Source: Acholeplasma sp. (GTDB lineage Bacteria; Bacillota_I; Bacilli_A; Acholeplasmatales; UBA5453). From it: DNA of 26,773 bases. Below the pieces are notes generated by a model that was given only the letters and a program-made list of their open reading frames with translations, was not told the origin of the DNA and made no database searches. A program made the position numbers and the translations under genes. Position 1 is the first letter of the stretch, and the number at the start of each line of letters is the position of its first letter. This document shows positions 17,234 through 26,006 of the stretch, one piece after another. Where the stretch lies: positions 1 to 26,773 of the forward strand of contig JAVBWN010000034.1 in the NCBI GenBank assembly GCA_036677365.1. Reading direction: 5' to 3'.

Positions 17234-18283
17234 CTAGTAATGGACTCGACGTTTACCAACTTGAAGTTGGAGTACCGTGAATACCAAGATGATACCAAAT
17301 AGAATAATTGCAGCGGCAGATGCGTAGGACATGAGTCCATCTTGTGACGCCAAGCCGATGTAATCGTAAATATAGAATACGATGGTCTTTAAGTTGATAG
17401 TTCCGTTCGCACCAGTGGTGATTAAACCTTCACGGTTGATGATCGCGACGACGCTAGAATACGTTTTAAACGCACCAATAACTGATGTGATTAGGATATA
17501 GAATATCATCGGTGAAATCATCGGAACTGTGATGCGATAGAAGGATTTACTTCTCGATGCACCATCGATTTGAGCGGCTTGATAGTATTGCTTGTCAATG
17601 CCTTGGATACCCGCTAGGAAGACGATGATCTTAAATGCCAAACCGTTCCAAACGGAATAGATTAAGATGACGCTCATCGCAGACCAATAGGTTGCACCAA
17701 CACCAATCCAAACAATTGGCTTTAATCCAATCCACGTGAGTAGTTGGTTGGCTAAACCAAGGTTGGTTAAGTCGTTGACGTTCCCTTTGAACATGAAGGC
17801 GAATACTAACCCGATCGCAATCGAGTTGGTAACATAAGGTAAGAAGAAAATCGATTGATAGAATCCTCTTAATGGCTTGATGGCATTGAGTGCGACTGCA
17901 ATCATCAATCCGACGAAAATCGTGACTGGGACGGAAATCAATACAATCATGCTGGTATTAAAAATCGCTCTACCGAAGTTGGCATGGCTCAATACCGTTT
18001 GGTAGTTACCAAATAAAGTATACCCATCAAAGTCTCCTCTTTGGATGTTATATCCGGTATAGAAGGAAATCAAAAATGAGTTGAAAATCGGGTAAAACGT
18101 AAAAATCATTAGCAATGAAAGTGCTGGGATTAAGTAGAAAATCGCTTTTAACCAAGCTGGCCATCTCACAATGAATTGCAATCCTAACTTCGATAGGAAG
18201 TTGTCGATTACAACACCGGTATGGTGCAATTTGCTTCTAAAGACCCAGATCATTTGTTTTAATCTTGAGTCTTGCTTATTCAT
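17234..18283 (-). CDS. ABC transporter permease (MalF/UgpA-like)
   Basis: YLIPAL..FTFYP, FFLPYVT and EAA-like LAGIQGIDKQYYQAAQIDGAS; 4-bp overlap with the ATPase gene. Confidence 0.92.
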   Translation of the reverse strand: MNKQDSRLKQMIWVFRSKLHHTGVVIDNFLSKLGLQFIVRWPAWLKAIFYLIPALSLLMIFTFYPIFNSFLISFYTGYNIQRGDFDGYTLFGNYQTVLSHANFGRAIFNTSMIVLISVPVTIFVGLMIAVALNAIKPLRGFYQSIFFLPYVTNSIAIGLVFAFMFKGNVNDLTNLGLANQLLTWIGLKPIVWIGVGATYWSAMSVILIYSVWNGLAFKIIVFLAGIQGIDKQYYQAAQIDGASRSKSFYRITVPMISPMIFYILITSVIGAFKTYSSVVAIINREGLITTGANGTINLKTIVFYIYDYIGLASQDGLMSYASAAAIILFGIILVFTVLQLQVGKRRVHY

Positions 18284-19332
18284 AGAACCACACTACCACT
18301 TTCTAAATCGAATAGGTGTACTTTACCAGGTTTAACCATAAGATTGATGGTTTCTGAAGTGGTCACCGTATCGGATTCTAATAAAGCTCTCATAGCGACG
18401 CCACCTAAATTGAACTTAATCATGGTATCTCTACCGATGCGTTCGATATGGTCTGTAGACACGACAAATCCACTTGGGTCGACCTTGAAATCTTCAGGAC
18501 GAATGCCAATTGCATAAATGCCATCTTTCGCTTTGGTCTTACCAACCACAATGTCTTCACCGACGATGATGTGTCCAGATTCAACACGACCTTCGAATGT
18601 GTTGATTGGTGGGTTACCTAAGAATTTCGCAACGAATAAGTTGTCTGGATGATTGTACATATCTTGTGGCGCATCCATTTGTTGCATGACGCCATAGTTT
18701 AAGACAACCATTTGGTCTGAGATGGACATCGCTTCTTCTTGGTCATGGGTGACGAAGACGGTGGTGATGCCGGTTTCTCTTTGAATACGCTTGATTTCTT
18801 CTCTGGTTTGAAGACGTAATCTCGCGTCAAGGTTGGATAGTGGTTCGTCAAGTAACAATACTCTAGGTTTCTTGACCAAGGCTCTCGCAATCGCGACTCT
18901 TTGTTGTTGACCCCCAGATAATTGAGAAGGCTTTTTGTCTAATTGGTCTTTAATACCAACCAAATCCGCCATTTCTTCTACCAATACTTGCGCTTGTTTA
19001 AAACTCACGTTCAAGTTTTCAAGCGGGAACATGATGTTTTGTCTTACAGTCATATGCGGGTAAAGTGCATAGTTTTGGAAGACCAATCCGATCCCTCTTT
19101 TTTCTGGTGCGAGTCTTGTAACATCGTCATCACCAAAGAAAATCTTACCACCCGATGGCTTGTGTAACCCCGCGATCATAAATAATGTCGTGGATTTACC
19201 ACAGCCCGATGGACCTAACAACCCAACCAGTTTTCCTGATGGGATTGTAATGGTTAATTCGTCTACTGCTCTGGTTTCTTTACCGGTTTTGTCGGTAAAT
19301 ACCTTCGTTAAACCTTCTAATCTAATCTCCAT
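18280..19332 (-). CDS. ABC transporter ATP-binding protein (MalK/MsmK/UgpC-like, TOBE C-terminus)
   Basis: Walker A GPSGCGKST, Q-loop VFQNYALYPHM, signature LSGGQQQR, Walker B LLLDEPLSNLD, H-loop VTHDQEEA and GIRPED. Confidence 0.95.
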   Translation of the reverse strand: MEIRLEGLTKVFTDKTGKETRAVDELTITIPSGKLVGLLGPSGCGKSTTLFMIAGLHKPSGGKIFFGDDDVTRLAPEKRGIGLVFQNYALYPHMTVRQNIMFPLENLNVSFKQAQVLVEEMADLVGIKDQLDKKPSQLSGGQQQRVAIARALVKKPRVLLLDEPLSNLDARLRLQTREEIKRIQRETGITTVFVTHDQEEAMSISDQMVVLNYGVMQQMDAPQDMYNHPDNLFVAKFLGNPPINTFEGRVESGHIIVGEDIVVGKTKAKDGIYAIGIRPEDFKVDPSGFVVSTDHIERIGRDTMIKFNLGGVAMRALLESDTVTTSETINLMVKPGKVHLFDLESGSVVL

Positions 19333-19374
19333 ATTTTTCCTAACTCCTTATATCGATTGTTATGGTCGTCTTTT

Positions 19375-19416
19375 TCTAAAAATAAAAGCACTCGATGGTT
19401 TACCCAAAAAGTACTC
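19375..19416 (-). terminator. Possible attenuator/terminator-like hairpin in the operon leader
   Basis: Minus strand GAGTACTT-TTTGG-GTAAA-CCATC-GAGTGCTT-TTATTTTT; an imperfect G-U-rich stem followed by a U-rich run, starting within the uORF stop codon. Confidence 0.35.
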
Positions 19417-19489
19417 AATTTAAAATATGATAAAAAAATAGCGCAGTGATGTTATCTGTTGTATTAGTCGTCGTTGTCAATACTTGCAT
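19415..19489 (-). CDS. Putative 24-aa leader peptide MQVLTTTTNTTDNITALFFYHILN
   Basis: ATG at 19489 with a strong RBS GAGGTGA (19502-19496) 6 nt upstream, TGA at 19417-19415, and position just downstream of a promoter. It is too short for the ORF track. Confidence 0.5.
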   Translation of the reverse strand: MQVLTTTTNTTDNITALFFYHILN

Positions 19490-19512
19490 CTCTACTCACC
19501 TCGCCACTATGT

Positions 19513-19541
19513 ATTATATTATAATAATACACTCTTTTCAA
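19513..19541 (-). promoter_or_regulatory. Proximal sigma70 promoter (P2) of the ABC/nuclease operon
   Basis: TTGAAA (19541-19536)-N17-TATAAT (19518-19513). Confidence 0.65.
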
Positions 19542-19594
19542 TCCGTCGTCAAAAAACATTGATTTTATTTACAAAGATTTTGCACTACTGAATC

Positions 19595-19606
19595 GAAAGC
19601 GCTTTC
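19595..19606. promoter_or_regulatory. LacI-family/cre-like operator palindrome
   Basis: Perfect palindrome GAAAGCGCTTTC with central CG, the core of cre-type TGAAAGCGCTTTCA sites; it lies just downstream of the P1 -10. Confidence 0.6.
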
Positions 19607-19618
19607 TAGCGTGTTTAT

Positions 19619-19647
19619 ATTTTAATATAACAGAAATCAATTGTCAA
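19619..19647 (-). promoter_or_regulatory. Distal sigma70 promoter (P1) of the ABC/nuclease operon
   Basis: TTGACA (19647-19642)-N17-TAAAAT (19624-19619). Confidence 0.7.
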
Positions 19648-19695
19648 CGATATTATGTCGATACTTGGTGAAAACATATTTTTCTTCTATTTTAT

Positions 19696-19717
19696 AAAAA
19701 AACACCCCTAAGGGGTG
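19696..19717 (-). terminator. Intrinsic terminator of the dgs-asnS-MATE unit
   Basis: Minus strand CACCCC-TTA-GGGGTG-TTTTTTT right after the MATE stop. Confidence 0.8.
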
Positions 19718-19719
19718 CA

Positions 19720-21114
19720 TTAAATATGTGTGGTGATTTGAGATGGGTTGTTTCGCATCTTGGTATAGAAGATAATGGCGAGAATCAATGCGACAACGGC
19801 TGTCGTTGTGTTGGAGATGAACATCGTCATCCCAATCGACTCAAAACCAAGGCTCGTAAATGTTTGAAATGCCCATAAAACAGGGATTCTAAACACAAAC
19901 AAGCGTATGATATTCATGGCCATTGAAATCTTGGTATGGCGAAACCCATAAAACATCGATAGGGTAATCGCGATGATTGCACCGGTCAGTTTTGAAAACA
20001 CTTCCCACCTGAATAAGCGGAATACCATCGTGATGAACTCAGGTGTGGTCTCTTTATTGACAATCCACGGGACAATTTGATTGAACAAAACAAAGGCATA
20101 GAGCACTGTAATAACCCCTACAGTTATCCCGTAAGATAATGCAATCGGATAGACTTTTTTTGCCCGTTCAGATTGGTTATTACCAATATTTTGAGATACC
20201 ACCGTCGGTACCGCTTCTTCCCATACTGAAGCCAATGTAGCACCTCCGCCACCAATCTTTTGGGCGATGGAAAAAGCCGATAGTACCACAGTACCGTAGA
20301 CCGCTGCCATCGCGTTGATGATGACACGTCCGGTTGAAAATATAAACCGTCCTAAGAAGATGGGTGCAGACAAGATTAAGATCGGTTGAACGTATTGCCA
20401 CTTCAGCCTGGTTTCACTGAATGTGATTTTAAAAATATTGTTTTTATTGAATAAAATCATGAATGCGAATAACGTCAAAAATGCTTGTGCAATCATGGTG
20501 GCGATGCTAATCCATATAATACCCAAACCTAAACCATAAACAAAGATGATCGATAGGATCAATTTAATCGTCATGATGATGATATTCAATCGTAGTATCT
20601 TTTGCGTATTGCCTTTAGCTTTTTCTAAACCGATAAATACACTGTTGATGGTGATGAATCCCGTGGTGATGATTTGGACAATAAAATAACCCAAGCCCGT
20701 TTCAATGATGTCTTCGGGCGTACGTAACAATTGAAGAAAAGGTTTCGCGGTTGGTACCAACAACAAGATGATAAATAGACTCACATAAACAGCCAAAAAG
20801 AACACCGTAGAGGCATTCTTTTTGGCTTCTTCAAGTCGATTTGCGCCAATGTGTCTTGCAACGATGACGGCACCACCAGAGGCAATACCAGCACCAAATG
20901 CGGTAATCATGCTTTGAATTTCAGATAAGATGGCTACTGAAGCGATTTGGGTATTCCCAATGTAGGCGACAATGACCATATCGATAAATCCATAGAGATG
21001 ATTAAACAAACTATAAATCGCGAGTGGTGCGGTGATGTATAAAATCACTTTCCACAGTTTTTCTTCTAATATAAATTTTCTGATTTCAAGTTCTCTTGAA
21101 TTGGCTTTGTTCAC
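19720..21114 (-). CDS. MATE family efflux transporter
   Basis: About 12 TM segments with MATE-like motifs (LYGFIDMVIV, VARHIGA, VSQNIG, FRIP); GTG start. Confidence 0.88.
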   Translation of the reverse strand: MNKANSRELEIRKFILEEKLWKVILYITAPLAIYSLFNHLYGFIDMVIVAYIGNTQIASVAILSEIQSMITAFGAGIASGGAVIVARHIGANRLEEAKKNASTVFFLAVYVSLFIILLLVPTAKPFLQLLRTPEDIIETGLGYFIVQIITTGFITINSVFIGLEKAKGNTQKILRLNIIIMTIKLILSIIFVYGLGLGIIWISIATMIAQAFLTLFAFMILFNKNNIFKITFSETRLKWQYVQPILILSAPIFLGRFIFSTGRVIINAMAAVYGTVVLSAFSIAQKIGGGGATLASVWEEAVPTVVSQNIGNNQSERAKKVYPIALSYGITVGVITVLYAFVLFNQIVPWIVNKETTPEFITMVFRLFRWEVFSKLTGAIIAITLSMFYGFRHTKISMAMNIIRLFVFRIPVLWAFQTFTSLGFESIGMTMFISNTTTAVVALILAIIFYTKMRNNPSQITTHI

Positions 21115-21128
21115 AGCTTAACTACCCA

Positions 21129-22514
21129 TTAGAATTCTGCGTTTCTAGGGGTTCTAGGGAACGGGATGACATCGCGGATGTTTTCAACACCGGATAGATA
21201 CATGAGTAGTCTTTCAAAACCCATACCGAATCCAGCATGAACACAACCACCAAAACGTCTTAAATCGAGATACCATTGTAAATCCGCTTTAGGAATGTGT
21301 AGTTCTTCCATGCGCTTTTCTAGGTAATCCAGTCTTTCTTCTCTTTGAGAACCACCAATCAATTCTCCACTACCAGGGACAAGTAAATCCACGGCAGCGA
21401 CTGTCTTTTGGTCGTCATTGAGTCTCATGTAGAATGCTTTGATCTCTTTAGGCCAATTGGTAACGAATACCGGTGACTTGAAATGTTCTTCGGTTAAGAA
21501 TTTTTCGTGTTCAGTGGCTAAATCTTTACCAAATTCTGGTTTATTTTCGAATTTACGCTTAGAATCTTTTAAGATTTGAATTGCATCGTGGTGTGTCACA
21601 CGATTAAATTTAGAGTTTACAAGGGATTCAAGCTTATGGCGTAGTCCTTTTTCAACAAACTGATCGAAGAAATCAATCTCTTCTGGCATTTGTTTTAATA
21701 CATCGGCCACGATGTACTTGACCATGTCTTCAGCGATTTGCATATTGCCTTCTAAATCGGTAAATGCCATTTCTGGTTCAATCATCCAGAATTCAGAGGC
21801 ATGTTTTTGGGTATTGGAGTTTTCTGCTCTAAAGGTTGGTCCAAACGTATAAACATTTCTAAATGCCAGTGCATACGCTTCTGCTTCAAGTTGGCCAGTG
21901 ACCGTTAAATTGGTTCTCTTAGCGAAGAAATCTTTCTTATAATCGACATTGCCAAACTCATCTTTAGGTACGTTTTCAAGTGGTAAAGTGGTGACTGCGA
22001 ACATTTCGCCTGCCCCTTCACCGTCGTTGCCGGTGATGAGTGGTGCATGGAAATAAACGAAGCCTCTTTCTTGGAAGAATTTGTGGATGGAGAACGCAGC
22101 AACACTTCTTAATCTAAATACGGCATTGAATAAGTTGGTTCTTGGTCTCAAATGCGCGACTTCTCTTAAGAATTCTCTGGTATGACGCTTTGGTTGAATT
22201 GGATAGTTTTCAGGGGAATCACCCAATAAAACAACCTTCGTTGCTTTGATTTCAAATGGTTGTTTCATTTCAGGGGTTAAGACGAAAGTCCCTTCGATTT
22301 CCACTGAGCTACCAACTCTGATTTTTTGAATATCCTCGAAATTGCTCAAGGATGCTTCGTAAACCACTTGTAAAGTGGATAATGTGGTCCCATCGTTGAT
22401 GGATAAAAATCCAAATTCCTTTTGGGCTCTATTGGTTCTGACCCAAGCAGAGAGTTGGACAGGTTGATTTTGCAGTTGTTGTTGATCTAAGTAGAGAGAT
22501 TTAATTGTTCTCAT
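21129..22514 (-). CDS. asnS: Asparagine--tRNA ligase
   Basis: OB anticodon domain; HLRPRTN, LTVTGQLEAE, FGPTFRAENSNT, EFWMIEPE, ELIGGSQREER, GFGMGFER and IRDVIPFPRTP. Confidence 0.97.
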   Translation of the reverse strand: MRTIKSLYLDQQQLQNQPVQLSAWVRTNRAQKEFGFLSINDGTTLSTLQVVYEASLSNFEDIQKIRVGSSVEIEGTFVLTPEMKQPFEIKATKVVLLGDSPENYPIQPKRHTREFLREVAHLRPRTNLFNAVFRLRSVAAFSIHKFFQERGFVYFHAPLITGNDGEGAGEMFAVTTLPLENVPKDEFGNVDYKKDFFAKRTNLTVTGQLEAEAYALAFRNVYTFGPTFRAENSNTQKHASEFWMIEPEMAFTDLEGNMQIAEDMVKYIVADVLKQMPEEIDFFDQFVEKGLRHKLESLVNSKFNRVTHHDAIQILKDSKRKFENKPEFGKDLATEHEKFLTEEHFKSPVFVTNWPKEIKAFYMRLNDDQKTVAAVDLLVPGSGELIGGSQREERLDYLEKRMEELHIPKADLQWYLDLRRFGGCVHAGFGMGFERLLMYLSGVENIRDVIPFPRTPRNAEF

Positions 22515-23523
22515 GATTCTTCACTCTTTCTATGGTTTCCTCATAAATCGCTTTTAATTGTTGACCGATGAGTTTTAAGTCTTTTTGTGAAACACTTTGA
22601 TAGGCAGCTTCGGTCATCGCCGACATATCTTTTTTCAATATTTGTTGGATTTTGGTTGCGAATTCAAGATTACTTGACCCCTTTAATACCTCTTTGCCAT
22701 GGGTAAAATCAGCATAGACAGGGATATCTCTTACGATGATTGGGAGTCGCGAAGCCATAGCTTCTAGGACGACAATACCTTCGGTTTCTTCGTAACTTGG
22801 GAACAACAAGCAATTCGCACTTGAAAATGCCCCTTTGATGATGTCACCAGCGATGTAGCCTGGCATGATCATATTGTCTGGTTTATCTTCAATCGCATTC
22901 TTAATGACTTTGGTTTGCATCGCCTTATTCAATGTCCCGAACCAAATAAATTTGATGTCTGGCATCATTCGTGCCACTTCGATGAAGTCGTGGAGCCCTT
23001 TTCTTTCGAATAGTAAACCAACCCCAATGACCACTTTATCTTTTTCAGAGATATTGAAGTGTTTTCTAAAAGCATCGATTTTCTTTGGATCTCGTTCGTA
23101 TTCCTTCAGATCAATGCCATTACTCAACACTTTGATTGGGCATTTGATATATCCATAGCTTTCAAGTAATGATTTTGAGTAGTTGGATGGCGTTACAATC
23201 ACATCGGCATTTGAATACATGTTTTTAAGTTTCGCATAAAACCAATGTTTGATGTATTTAGAAAAGTTGAATGAGTTCAAAAAATCTTCTTTCGTAGAAT
23301 GGGCATGAACCACTACAGGAATACCTTTTCTTTTCGCATGTTTTAAGAAACTGAAGGACTCTTCAAATACAGTATTGAAGTGGACAATATCAAATGGATG
23401 TGCCTTATCTGAAGTGACATCGACACCGTTCATTTCTAACGCTTTAAATTGTTGACGAAATGCCCGGCCGATCCCAGAGACTTTGAGCATGTTTTGCATT
23501 TCTTTGTATAGTAATACTCTCAT
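22501..23523 (-). CDS. dgs: GT4 glycolipid glycosyltransferase, diglucosyl-diacylglycerol synthase (Acholeplasma Dgs / CpoA-like)
   Basis: SGIGRA, HAHST.EDF.NSF, SNGIDL, VGLLFERKG..DF, FIWFG and FPSYEETEGIVVLEA, characteristic of the Dgs/CpoA clade. The stop overlaps the asnS start by 14 bp. Confidence 0.82.
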   Translation of the reverse strand: MRVLLYKEMQNMLKVSGIGRAFRQQFKALEMNGVDVTSDKAHPFDIVHFNTVFEESFSFLKHAKRKGIPVVVHAHSTKEDFLNSFNFSKYIKHWFYAKLKNMYSNADVIVTPSNYSKSLLESYGYIKCPIKVLSNGIDLKEYERDPKKIDAFRKHFNISEKDKVVIGVGLLFERKGLHDFIEVARMMPDIKFIWFGTLNKAMQTKVIKNAIEDKPDNMIMPGYIAGDIIKGAFSSANCLLFPSYEETEGIVVLEAMASRLPIIVRDIPVYADFTHGKEVLKGSSNLEFATKIQQILKKDMSAMTEAAYQSVSQKDLKLIGQQLKAIYEETIERVKNHENN

Positions 23524-23543
23524 GTTTTCACATCCTAAATTAG

Positions 23544-23552
23544 ATTATATCA
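23544..23552 (-). promoter_or_regulatory. Extended -10 promoter for dgs
   Basis: TGaTATAAT about 20 nt upstream of the dgs ATG. Confidence 0.55.
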
Positions 23553-23576
23553 AAGGCGGTGAAAAAAAACGAGATG

Positions 23577-24749
23577 CTACTCGTTTTCTTCACTGGTTTC
23601 TATCATTTCTATCCATTCTTCGTCATCGAGTACTTCAACATTCGAAATTTTCTTGAATTGTTTCGAAATTTTGTCTGAAGATATGTTAACTTCTTTTGCT
23701 GTTTTAGAAACGGTATCGAGATTTTTCAAGAGTTTATCCCAACGTTCTTTATATCGATCAAAATCCATCGCGAGCTTGGTGAGTTCTTCTTGGATTTGTT
23801 TGGAGTATTTATTTCTTTCGATATCTCTAAGCACCACCTGAACAATGGTTAAGATCGACATCAAGGTGGTTGGCGAGGCCATCCACACATTTTTTTGTTG
23901 ACCGTATAACCACAACGCATCGTGTCTTGACGTAATTTCAGCAAATATCGCTTCTGCTGGAATAAACATCACGGCTTGGGTGGTGGTTACATTGGGAATA
24001 ATGTATTTAGTGGCGATGTCATCAATGTGTTTTTTAACATCTATGACAAATCCTTTTTCGGCTTCATTACGCTCTATATCGGATAGTTGTTTGTCCATCA
24101 TACGACGATAGTTTTCTAATGGAAACTTTGAATCGATGCATAAGTCTCCCATCGGTTCTGGGGCGTGAAGGACCGCGTCTACCATGTTATTATTTGATAA
24201 CTTTTTTTGTAGCTCGTAAATACTTGGTTTATGTTCACCAAAGGCCGCCACTAAGAGCTGTTTAAGCTGTACTTCACCAAATATACCACGTGTTTTTTTA
24301 TCATTTAAGATGTCATTTAACGAAACGACATCAGAGGATAGCCTTTCGATTTGTTTTTGAGCGGCGTCAATTTTCGTCAAACGTTCCACCACTTCATTAA
24401 ACGTCTTGTTGGTTTGTTCAAAGCCTGTCCCTAATTTTTCATCGACCCTTCGATTGATCTTCTCGATTTGTTCATCCAAAGACTTGGTTATCTTTTCAGT
24501 GAAATGGATAAAATCTTCCGTTGCTTTTTGTTGTTGAAGTGAAATTGTATTGGCTACATGGAGTTTTAGTTCGCCATTCTTCTCAGTAAATCTTTCTAAT
24601 AATAATCGGTTGTCTTGTGAAATTTGATCCAGTTTCGTTTCTGTGGTTGTTTTTGGTTGGGTGAGGTTAATGATGAGAAAAGCGGCTAACATCAATAAGG
24701 TTAGTCCGCTGATTCCAATCAAAATCCAAATCAATTGTTCAATGAGCAT
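23577..24749 (-). CDS. rmuC: DNA recombination protein RmuC
   Basis: N-terminal TM and coiled coil; KKTRGIFGEVQL, IDSKFPLENY, KKHIDDIATKYI, AVMFIPAEAIF and ASPTTL. Confidence 0.92.
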   Translation of the reverse strand: MLIEQLIWILIGISGLTLLMLAAFLIINLTQPKTTTETKLDQISQDNRLLLERFTEKNGELKLHVANTISLQQQKATEDFIHFTEKITKSLDEQIEKINRRVDEKLGTGFEQTNKTFNEVVERLTKIDAAQKQIERLSSDVVSLNDILNDKKTRGIFGEVQLKQLLVAAFGEHKPSIYELQKKLSNNNMVDAVLHAPEPMGDLCIDSKFPLENYRRMMDKQLSDIERNEAEKGFVIDVKKHIDDIATKYIIPNVTTTQAVMFIPAEAIFAEITSRHDALWLYGQQKNVWMASPTTLMSILTIVQVVLRDIERNKYSKQIQEELTKLAMDFDRYKERWDKLLKNLDTVSKTAKEVNISSDKISKQFKKISNVEVLDDEEWIEMIETSEENE

Positions 24750-25141
24750 TATTTGAAAATTTCAAATGTATACTTCGGTTGATACACATTCCCTTTGTCT
24801 GCTGCAAGTGTACCCATGATGTATACGTATAAGCTATAAATCGCAACCACACCGACAAATGCAAATAACAAAATGCCCACAATGATACCGAAAACTGGTA
24901 CAATCATGAAAATTGTTGCCCCAATACTCACAATGGTTACAAGAATGTACATCGTTAACGAGAAGTTCGCAATCTGTCTAAATCCTTCCGATAACCAAGG
25001 TTCTCTTTTCCCTTCTTCTCTAAAGTAGTAGGTAAAGATGATCGCAATTACCATACTAGCCATTGGAATGAATAGTTGTGATAGCCATCCAAGCATGAGT
25101 AAGGTTTTAAAATCCATGCCCCAAATCTTTTTTTCTTCCAT
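24749..25141 (-). CDS. Small membrane protein, DUF4870-like
   Basis: Three hydrophobic segments, RQIANF..T and C-terminal A.KGNVYQPK pattern; TAATG overlap with rmuC. Confidence 0.65.
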   Translation of the reverse strand: MEEKKIWGMDFKTLLMLGWLSQLFIPMASMVIAIIFTYYFREEGKREPWLSEGFRQIANFSLTMYILVTIVSIGATIFMIVPVFGIIVGILLFAFVGVVAIYSLYVYIMGTLAADKGNVYQPKYTFEIFK

Positions 25142-25151
25142 GTGTTTTCTC

Positions 25152-26006
25152 CTATCCTATATAATAAACGTGTTTCACGTTATTTTTTGTAGTTACATAG
25201 TAACTAATATATGTATTTTTTGACAATATTAAATCATTTACAGTCACAGCGATTAAATCTCTATTCAAATTATATTTTTGCTTTCCAGCCTCGGTTTGAA
25301 TGGATTCGTAAGCCCTAGAGACCATATCGGTGCAGTAGTATCTATTCTTTGTAAATAGAACAAACAAGAAATTGTATTGTGATTCTTTTACAGCTTTATC
25401 TTCCAAGAACAACAAAGCTTCATCAATATCTTGTTGTGTTACACCTTTAATTCTCAAACCAACCCACTCATTACGATACCAATTACCATAAGCTCGGTAG
25501 GAAGGATCGTTATGATCTGTATTTCTATAAGTAGAATCTAGCCAATAATTATATGTACCACCGGTGACATGGGTATTTCTTCCACCATTAATCATGACGT
25601 CAATTAAACTTTCATCTGCATCAGGAATACCAATCGTTTCATAAACACGATTATTCGAATCAATCACAGCTGCGTGTCCCCCGAAGAAGAATGTAACAAA
25701 CTCGTGTACACCGGGATATCCAACTAGCGGGGATTGTTGAGTGACAAATATATCGCCTGCTGAACCTGGGCGCGATAAATCATTGTTATAGAATGGATTA
25801 CGAATTAACTCATCTGGATAATATGTTTCACGTGAAACTTTGTAATACTTAATCGTGTCTGTACTGTTGATTTCATCCAGCACCCCTCTTTGTACAAATT
25901 GACGTATTTCACGTTGAATGGCGATATGTTCTCCGATGGTTTGACCAAACAGGAATATGAAGAATCCTGCGACTAAAACCAGTAAAGTTCTCACTATTTG
26001 TTTCAT
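25152..26006 (-). CDS. Membrane-anchored permuted papain-like NlpC/P60 protein (YiiX/YebB/YycO-like)
   Basis: GDIFVT..GGHAAV (catalytic His) precedes YNF..YYCTDMVSRAY (catalytic Cys), i.e. the circularly permuted order; N-terminal TM. Confidence 0.75.
   Translation of the reverse strand: MKQIVRTLLVLVAGFFIFLFGQTIGEHIAIQREIRQFVQRGVLDEINSTDTIKYYKVSRETYYPDELIRNPFYNNDLSRPGSAGDIFVTQQSPLVGYPGVHEFVTFFFGGHAAVIDSNNRVYETIGIPDADESLIDVMINGGRNTHVTGGTYNYWLDSTYRNTDHNDPSYRAYGNWYRNEWVGLRIKGVTQQDIDEALLFLEDKAVKESQYNFLFVLFTKNRYYCTDMVSRAYESIQTEAGKQKYNLNRDLIAVTVNDLILSKNTYISYYVTTKNNVKHVYYIG

Noticed and set aside
13738..19332. Annotating the ABC system as a maltose or glycerol-3-phosphate transporter (malEFGK/ugpBAEC)
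   Set aside because: Family motifs fit CUT1 but do not define the substrate. There is no glycosidase or phosphodiesterase nearby and the operon partners are nucleases, so no symbol was assigned.
6879..19332. Natural-competence DNA uptake or anti-phage nuclease system
   Set aside because: No ComEA/ComEC/pilin genes are present, CUT1 importers carry small solutes, and the nucleases are exported lipoproteins. Nutrient scavenging is more parsimonious.
19415..19489. Calling the leader peptide thrL
   Set aside because: The downstream genes are not threonine biosynthetic and no clear antiterminator was identified; it is kept only as a candidate leader.
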